A program made the translations under genes and the position numbers. A stretch of 40,000 nt of DNA from Mariniphaga sp. (GTDB lineage Bacteria > Bacteroidota > Bacteroidia > Bacteroidales > Prolixibacteraceae). Positions 33,447-40,000 of this stretch are shown here, in pieces. Below the pieces are notes generated by a model that did not search any database, was not told the origin of the DNA, and saw only the letters and a program-made list of their open reading frames with translations. The stretch spans positions 291,896 to 331,895 of the forward strand of contig JAWLCL010000005.1 of NCBI GenBank assembly GCA_041687255.1, read 5' to 3'. Each line of letters begins with the position of its first letter. Within the stretch, counting starts at the first letter, position 1.

Positions 33447-36400
33447 TTAATATCCGGCATCCAGTTCCACCTTTGCCCACAGGTTGCTGTATGATAATTC
33501 CACCGCTTTCTTTAAATCATCATTTGCAGGTTTCTTTTTACCAAGGCCTTTATATCCCAAACCTCTCATGGTGTGGTATCTTGACCTTCTGACTTCGTCA
33601 GCTTCCCGTTCCCCGAAAATAACACCGGCCTCTGAAGTGACGGATGCCTGAAGCTCTTTTTCCGCTTCTGTAACCATGGCTTGAAACACCTTCTCTGCAT
33701 TTTGTTTATCTCCCACTTTTAGAAATGCAAGTCCCCGGTAAAAATCCATAATGGATATTCTTGCCGGTTCCTGTTGTGTCACATCTGTGAAATAATCTTC
33801 AGCCTTCGCTTTTTCCCCCAGTGCTTCATAAGCCAACCCGATATAATAATTCACCTGCAAGTCCCTGTTACCATAACGGGCACTGCCAGCCTCTTCATCG
33901 GGAACCTGCGCCTGCAGAAAGTGATGTAGTGCCTTTTCATAATTCTTTTTATTAAAATTCTTCATTCCCTGAATGAGCTGAGCATTGATTATTGTCTCCC
34001 TTACTCTTGATGATCCTTCGCGATAGGCAAATTCCACTCCGTCAAGATATTCTATCGCCTTATCTGCCTGTCCGGCCAAAGTAAGCACTTCAATCTGCCG
34101 GATAAATGCATCATCACGCTGTTTTACCACTTCATTTTTACCGGCAAATAATTCAAGCCGTTTTTCTACCGATGTATTGTTCAGTTCATATAACGCATCC
34201 AGTTCAGAATAATAAATAGCCACATTTTGCTCAAGAGCTATTGCCTTTTCATAATGTGCAATGGCTTCCGACACATCTTTATAATGCCGGTAATAACCCC
34301 ATCCGAGATTTCTGTGTGCAACTTCCAAATCAGAATTATTTTTTACAGCCTCTTTCCAGCTCTCAATTGCAAGCTCAGGCTGTTTTTCGTAAAAAATATT
34401 GCCAATGTAATAAAAAGCCTTCCCATCGAGAGGGTTATGCTCAAGCGCTGTTTTTAAAACCTCAACTGTCAACAGACGGTGCGGAAATACAAAATCAACC
34501 GGTTTCCCGGCAGCTGTTGTAAAATATTCTTTAGCTTTCAGTAAATCATTCATTTTAACCGAAAGATATCCAAGATAGTAGTCAAATATTGGATTACTTC
34601 CCCGATAAAGATTAAGTACACCTTCTGCTTCATCAAAAAAACCATCATTGATGTAACCTACAGCCAAATCAAGGTAGTTTTCATCAAAGTCCCTCATTTC
34701 CGTCTTCAATGATGAAAGCAGGAGTTCCGCCTTCTTATTATTTCCCGATTCTTTTTCGAGCAGGTACTGTTCATAACGTAACCTGAAATCCAGGGGATCG
34801 GAACCTGCAACATTTGCCAATGTTATCCCGGCATCTTCAATGTTACCCATTTTCCTTTGCAGGGAAGCTTTCAATGCCACTGCCCTGTTGTTTCGGACGT
34901 TTGTTGAGAGCGATTCGTTTACCTCTTTCAATGCCCGGTTAAACTCTCCCTTAAGAACCGACACCTGAGCAAGCTGGTAATAAGCAGGCGAATGATAAGC
35001 ATAATCCCATGCTGCCCTGTAGAGCGTATCAATGGCTTCTTCATAAAGACCCAGGGCTTTTAGGGTAAGCCCCTGAAGATACAATGCCTCACAATCGGAA
35101 GGTCGTGTATAATCGGCTGTAAGCCGTTTAATTGCCCGCGCAAGGTGGGTTCTGGCTTTCAGGTAATCGCCGTTTTTAAGGTAATGATTCCCAACGGCTG
35201 TATTGGTGCGGATATCGCCGGGGTCGCGCTTCAGCGCCTCCCTGTACCAGTCCATTTCATTGTACTGTGGTGCATAAAACTGCTCCACCCTTTTTCCTGT
35301 GAGATAAAGTTCTTCAACTGTTTCCAGCTCTTCAGGAGAAGGGTAACCTTTCCATGGTTCAGGCAATTCCTTTACCGGCTCTATAACTTGCGGCTGATAA
35401 TCAATAAGGACCTCGCCGGTTTCTTCATTCAGCAAAGATGCATGAAGTTCCGACAACAGATATTCATTCTCCATATTAATTGTTTCCGCAAAAGGTTCCC
35501 GCGGAGATATTTCAATACTTCTCTCAAAAACGATGCTTTCCTTGTTTTTTACCACTACCCTGGCACTGTTAACCTGCTGTGTGGAATAGAAACCGAGGAA
35601 TACAGTATTATCTTCCCGCTCTTCCAGATTTACGGCTCCGTTTAGGTTGGCATTTTTAAATCCTCCGATGCCTTTTACCGGATACCAGTACTGCTCCCAT
35701 GTTTTAACCTCGTAAGGCCGAATCCAGGTGTAATCGGGCTGGTTATCGGAATAGGCCCCTACCATTATTTCAACATAGGGACCGTCATTTTCTGTTAACC
35801 GTCCTTCCGTGGCTTGCCCCCTTGGTCCTGAGCCCCATTCCCAAAGCTTGGCTCCCTTTACAACATTATGATCGCCGATATGGACCGTGCCTGAATTATT
35901 TCCGTGATCGTAGCCTCCCATGAAATCTTCCTGCAGGTCGTGCACAAAAAATGAATTGGAGCCTTCAACATTTTTCCACCACGAGATATCCACCCCTTCA
36001 GAGAAATCTGCTCCCCTGTATATTTCAGTGGATACCGGCCAGCGGGTAAAATCGGTTTTCGAATGAAAAGTAGCAATCTGCGCGCTGGGCGGAAAAATGG
36101 TCTGATAGTTTTCATTGGCATGAGCAGCCACATTGGCCCAGTATAAGAAGGTATGGGTAACTGGTGAAGCATTAAAAATGCGGCCTTCTGTTTTAAAATA
36201 TGCTTTCCCGGGAAAAACTGTCACACCAATGGTCCACCGCATCCCATGCCGGGGTTCTGATTCAGCCACCCATATGGTTTTGCTTCCGTCAGCATTTTCT
36301 GTTGTGGTATAATCGACAGGTAAAAATGTCGATGCTCTGTGGTGGTGAAGCACACACCATTCAATGCCGCCTGATACCCAGGCGCCGGTCATGCCAATAT

Positions 36401-36767
36401 TGGAAGGCTTCACCACATTATTTTTGTAAACAAAATTATACCCGTTGGTTTTATCGGTGGCATAGTAAAGTTTTCCACCAATTTCAGGAGTTATGGCCAA
36501 TTCAATGAACTCGTTTTCCAGCACCAGGTGTTTCCACTCCTTCTCCACCCTTTCATGCAAATACTGGTCATTCATCTTCAGGGGGTAATAATGCCTCGAT
36601 GCTCCCTGGTATGCCTCACCCCTGAAAAAGATGGGGCTCTTTTCAGCCGGTGCAACAGGATAGGTAGGCAGAGCAACTAATTTTTCCTGTAATGATACTT
36701 TATTCTGGGCTGAAATATAAGTGGCTGTAAAAATAAACGTCACTAATATCAAAAGGGTATTTTTCAT
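33447..36767 (-). CDS. DUF5107-domain protein with a long C-terminal TPR region
   Basis: 1106 aa. The N-terminus PTYPVAPAEKSPIFFRGEAYQGASRHYYPLKMND matches my recollection of DUF5107. Many TPR-like repeats fill the C-terminal half. Confidence 0.75.
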   Translation of the reverse strand: MKNTLLILVTFIFTATYISAQNKVSLQEKLVALPTYPVAPAEKSPIFFRGEAYQGASRHYYPLKMNDQYLHERVEKEWKHLVLENEFIELAITPEIGGKLYYATDKTNGYNFVYKNNVVKPSNIGMTGAWVSGGIEWCVLHHHRASTFLPVDYTTTENADGSKTIWVAESEPRHGMRWTIGVTVFPGKAYFKTEGRIFNASPVTHTFLYWANVAAHANENYQTIFPPSAQIATFHSKTDFTRWPVSTEIYRGADFSEGVDISWWKNVEGSNSFFVHDLQEDFMGGYDHGNNSGTVHIGDHNVVKGAKLWEWGSGPRGQATEGRLTENDGPYVEIMVGAYSDNQPDYTWIRPYEVKTWEQYWYPVKGIGGFKNANLNGAVNLEEREDNTVFLGFYSTQQVNSARVVVKNKESIVFERSIEISPREPFAETINMENEYLLSELHASLLNEETGEVLIDYQPQVIEPVKELPEPWKGYPSPEELETVEELYLTGKRVEQFYAPQYNEMDWYREALKRDPGDIRTNTAVGNHYLKNGDYLKARTHLARAIKRLTADYTRPSDCEALYLQGLTLKALGLYEEAIDTLYRAAWDYAYHSPAYYQLAQVSVLKGEFNRALKEVNESLSTNVRNNRAVALKASLQRKMGNIEDAGITLANVAGSDPLDFRLRYEQYLLEKESGNNKKAELLLSSLKTEMRDFDENYLDLAVGYINDGFFDEAEGVLNLYRGSNPIFDYYLGYLSVKMNDLLKAKEYFTTAAGKPVDFVFPHRLLTVEVLKTALEHNPLDGKAFYYIGNIFYEKQPELAIESWKEAVKNNSDLEVAHRNLGWGYYRHYKDVSEAIAHYEKAIALEQNVAIYYSELDALYELNNTSVEKRLELFAGKNEVVKQRDDAFIRQIEVLTLAGQADKAIEYLDGVEFAYREGSSRVRETIINAQLIQGMKNFNKKNYEKALHHFLQAQVPDEEAGSARYGNRDLQVNYYIGLAYEALGEKAKAEDYFTDVTQQEPARISIMDFYRGLAFLKVGDKQNAEKVFQAMVTEAEKELQASVTSEAGVIFGEREADEVRRSRYHTMRGLGYKGLGKKKPANDDLKKAVELSYSNLWAKVELDAGY

Positions 36768-36893
36768 ACGGTTTAAGTTCTATTCAATGTAAAACTAAAA
36801 AAATATCCCGATTTTTAAAACAGCAAAATTCTATTCATGAAATCCGATTGCCAGGAATAATGTTAAAAGGCGTCGTTATTTATTTTCACTAAA

Positions 36894-39194
36894 TTATCTG
36901 CTCTCATATTTACCATTTTTGATTAAGCCCATCTTTTCAAATTCAATCTGTTTTATTCCTAAATTTAAGGCAGGTGAATTTTGCATCAGTTTAAACTGGC
37001 TGTTTTCGAAACCTTCAAACAACGGGTCTTCAACAAGGCTGTTTTTTTCGGTATCCTGTTCCTTAAGTTTATTCAATTGGTCTTTACTGCTGTAAGGTAA
37101 TCCTGAAACGTAATAAAGATTATTATGAATATCATAATCAGTTATCTTTGGAAACTCATCCAATGATTCAAGCAAACGGCTGGTAGCACCAAATCTTAAA
37201 AAGGACATAGATTCTCCTGCTGATTGGTAACATATATTATTTTTTGCAACACCTCCTTTAATTGGTCCCCAGGCAGCGATATAAATAAACGCAAGCGGAG
37301 AATGTTTTTCTCCATTGACCATTTCGGTAGGAACATAATCGATGATATAATTATTGGTGATGGTGGCATCGTATTTTGCTACAATTCCACCCCTGGCAAA
37401 CCTATAAATGATATTATCGGCAAAGGTTACATCTTTAGCATAATCATCCGAACGAAGTGAGGCCTGCCGGTGTGGTGAAAAATTATGATGCACATAATTT
37501 CTCCTGACTACATTATTCCAACCGGTACCGGAGAGATAAATGGCATTACCATCATCCATCTCTTCCATAACATGATGTATATCATTGTATTCAATCACAT
37601 TGTCAGAAGAAAAAAGATAAGGAAAGATGGTATCCCAGTCATTAATATGAGCAGAATACCTGTCCCATTCGGGATTAACCACATCCTTTACCTCCTGCCA
37701 ACGCACGGTGCCCGTCAACTCTCTCCTGTTACCCATTCGCTTTACGTTAAAGAATTGTGGTCTGGGTCCGCTAACTACGATGCCGGTATAAGGAATATTG
37801 TGAATTAAATTATGTGCAATTCTGTTTCCCCCACTTTGCCATATGAAAATTGCCGGCGAATGAAGATAGGATTCTCCCCCATTGTGTATCCAATTATTTA
37901 TTATTTCATTGTTTCGGTTTACATCCTTTTTACCGGGCCCATATCCCAATAACAAGATGGGTGTACCCCCTAAATATTTAAATTCGCTGTTAATGATTTT
38001 GTTGTTCCGGCTGTGTAAATCTAATCTAACACCACCTCCTCCGCTGGCAATAAATCTGCATTCATCAATAACACAATCTTCAGTATTCACAAACCTTACC
38101 AGCGCATCCGACTTATTATAAAATGCCCAGTCGTGCTGAATGCCAATATCTCCCTCTTCCATGGTATCCCTGTCACCATGAGCAAAAGTTATTCCCCTGA
38201 AAATTATGTTTCTTATAAGTTTACCTTCTTTTTCATCCCCTTCAAGCCTTATAATTTCTTTGGTTAACGGATAATAAATATCAGCAGGGTTTCCGTCTTC
38301 CGGCCAGTAGTATATTTTATTTGCCAATGTATTGATAACCCATTCTCCCGGCTCGTCTAAATGATCAATTGCGTTCAGTATTCTGAGATTCGGATTGGCA
38401 TCATCACCCGAACCCGACAACTTTGTTATGTAATAAGTTGCAGGAACTGTGGTGTAGGCAACATTCTTTTCAAAGTCGACTGACTTTAACGGCAGAATGT
38501 TTGACACCCAACCATAATGAGGCCTCGCCATTACTTCTATATCCGATATATTGTCCCAGTCACGAAGATCGTTTTCAGCAAAAATGAACCTGCTGTAAGG
38601 TTCCGGGTCATCATAATTTGCCCCCATAAAATCGTCTTTTGAAACATTCATCTCATCAGGTTCTGCAGTAGTCATATTACCGGATATGGCATTTTGAAGA
38701 GATACAGTATCCTTGCTCAGAAATCGTGTTGTTTTACCAGGATTTCCCTTCGGAATGCCGGCAGCCCATATTTTGCCTTTTGCAATTGCCGGCAGATATG
38801 GTAAATCGTTTTCAGCCAACTGCCATTCGGTAATTATTTTTCCTGCACTGAAAACAGGTTTCTCATCCCGATATGCGGAAAAAATTATCCGGTTATTTCC
38901 TGAACCAAATTCCTCTCCACTGAATATTACACTTCGTTCAAAAAAATAGGTTCCTCCTCTGATGTAGACTTTAACCTCTTCATTTTCCATTCCATCAGCA
39001 ATCAACCCGCTAACGGCAATTTTTACCCTTTCCAGGCTTAAAAATGGACTTGATTTTGCACCGGAATTGTTATCATTGCCATCAGGTGAAATATAAAAAG
39101 TAGTTGAATTTTGATTGCAGGAATAAAATAAAACCGCAATTACCAGGTAGAAAAGCAATCGAAGTTGAACCTTTTGATGATTTGATTTTTTCAT
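36894..39194 (-). CDS. Right-handed parallel beta-helix repeat protein (polysaccharide lyase/hydrolase fold)
   Basis: 766 aa with a lipoprotein-like signal (LFYSC). Repeated N.I.NN.I..H-type beta-helix turns (NNKIINSEF, NNEIINNWIHN, RIAHNLIHN). Confidence 0.7.
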   Translation of the reverse strand: MKKSNHQKVQLRLLFYLVIAVLFYSCNQNSTTFYISPDGNDNNSGAKSSPFLSLERVKIAVSGLIADGMENEEVKVYIRGGTYFFERSVIFSGEEFGSGNNRIIFSAYRDEKPVFSAGKIITEWQLAENDLPYLPAIAKGKIWAAGIPKGNPGKTTRFLSKDTVSLQNAISGNMTTAEPDEMNVSKDDFMGANYDDPEPYSRFIFAENDLRDWDNISDIEVMARPHYGWVSNILPLKSVDFEKNVAYTTVPATYYITKLSGSGDDANPNLRILNAIDHLDEPGEWVINTLANKIYYWPEDGNPADIYYPLTKEIIRLEGDEKEGKLIRNIIFRGITFAHGDRDTMEEGDIGIQHDWAFYNKSDALVRFVNTEDCVIDECRFIASGGGGVRLDLHSRNNKIINSEFKYLGGTPILLLGYGPGKKDVNRNNEIINNWIHNGGESYLHSPAIFIWQSGGNRIAHNLIHNIPYTGIVVSGPRPQFFNVKRMGNRRELTGTVRWQEVKDVVNPEWDRYSAHINDWDTIFPYLFSSDNVIEYNDIHHVMEEMDDGNAIYLSGTGWNNVVRRNYVHHNFSPHRQASLRSDDYAKDVTFADNIIYRFARGGIVAKYDATITNNYIIDYVPTEMVNGEKHSPLAFIYIAAWGPIKGGVAKNNICYQSAGESMSFLRFGATSRLLESLDEFPKITDYDIHNNLYYVSGLPYSSKDQLNKLKEQDTEKNSLVEDPLFEGFENSQFKLMQNSPALNLGIKQIEFEKMGLIKNGKYESR

Positions 39195-39217
39195 AGTCCA
39201 TTGGCTTATTAGAAATT

Positions 39218-40000
39218 TTATAACTTTTCATTTAAAAATGATGCGGGAGATTCTTCCCTGCCGGTGAATATCACCTTCAGTTTCTTTTTCATGTTCTGAT
39301 TCTCATAAACTTCTTCAACAATATAATTATTCTCATCCCATTTTTTGGGAGAAACATAATCACCTTTTGCCGTAACCGGATTAACGACCACCAGCTCCTG
39401 TGAAACCAGCAAGGATTGAAGAAATGATAAATCGTAATAACGGATGGCTTCCGGAACTGCTGTCCATAAATACCTTGGCTCATAATTTTTAGTTGTAGCC
39501 ACATCTTCATATGATACCAGCGGATTCATTAAAATGGTTCTTTTTATGTTCCTGTTAAAAACAGCAAAATGCAGGTAAGAAGAACATGCTTCATCTTTTA
39601 CTACTGCAGTGATATTAGTGGCATCGATATCTTCCAATGTTTGGATGGATTTTAACAAAATATCCAGGTCGCTGGCCTGCATTCCTGCAATACTTTTTCC
39701 AACGAGGTTTGCCCCAATAAACAAATTGAATGAAAAATCCTGAATGTAGGAATCTCCCTTAAATGCTGTATTTGACAGTTCTCCTGTTCCCAAAACATCG
39801 GGAGCCATAATGGTATACCCCATATTTAAATATACACTGATTTCGTCCTCGTTTTTTATCAGTTCATCTTTGCCCGCAGCATCCATGTAAAAAAGCAGGG
39901 GCCTTTTTTCTCTGGTATACGGTTTAATGATTACAAAGGGAAGGGGGTAAGAAAAATCATTACCTTGAATAAAATATTTTTCAATTTTATAGTTCTCCTT
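39218..40000 (-). CDS. Alpha/beta-hydrolase-like esterase, 5'-partial (runs off the window)
   Basis: The frame stays open from 39886 up to 40000 (KENYKIEKYFIQGNDFSYPLPFVIIKPYTREKRPLLFYMDAAGKDE...), so the ATG at 39886 is internal. The function call is weak. Confidence 0.6.
   Translation of the reverse strand, partial: KENYKIEKYFIQGNDFSYPLPFVIIKPYTREKRPLLFYMDAAGKDELIKNEDEISVYLNMGYTIMAPDVLGTGELSNTAFKGDSYIQDFSFNLFIGANLVGKSIAGMQASDLDILLKSIQTLEDIDATNITAVVKDEACSSYLHFAVFNRNIKRTILMNPLVSYEDVATTKNYEPRYLWTAVPEAIRYYDLSFLQSLLVSQELVVVNPVTAKGDYVSPKKWDENNYIVEEVYENQNMKKKLKVIFTGREESPASFLNEKL

Overview
This window looks like a Bacteroidota chromosome segment, though the phylum call is an inference. It rests on the rpmB-rpmG-DUF4295-ftsY operon, TAnnTTTG promoter-like motifs and dense glycoside-hydrolase and sulfatase content.

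Core regions:
- 1-20000: ribosomal protein and ftsY operon, DUF456 protein, HtpX protease, a LytS/LytTR two-component pair, two GH78-type rhamnosidases, a TolB-like propeller protein, a three-gene histidine-kinase/response-regulator operon, and an aldo/keto reductase.
- 30650-40000: a minus-strand polysaccharide-degradation cluster (sulfatase, GH43, DUF5107-TPR protein, beta-helix protein, esterase).

Between them, at about 20500-30650, lies a visibly AT-richer accessory island, which I interpret as an integron-like gene-cassette array.
- A Xer-like tyrosine recombinase (21168-22289) lacks the IntI-specific insertion, carries an extra N-terminal domain, and faces the same way as the cassettes.
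- An attI-like junction sits at 22375.
- About eight cassettes of roughly 0.8 kb follow, all on the + strand, separated by roughly 135-bp imperfect-palindrome attC-like sites.
- The bases after each GTT core are the reverse complement of the next cassette's own AAC box. This is the signature of circularisable cassettes.
- Cargo is dominated by toxin-antitoxin pairs: RelE/HigB-like plus HTH (one intact pair, and a second whose toxin has decayed), RHH plus MazF, MNT plus HEPN/DUF86, and NT plus a decayed HEPN. There are also two unknown lipoproteins and one small membrane protein.
- A complete class-C-like group II intron (27279-29222, minus strand) sits antisense inside one attC, next to its R'' box.
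- A truncated relic of the same intron (30465-30643) terminates the array against the sulfatase gene.

Outside the island there are two uncharacterised intergenic repeat families (45-790 with 6770-7344; 4660-5060). All calls come from reading the sequence and the ORF track only; no searches were run.
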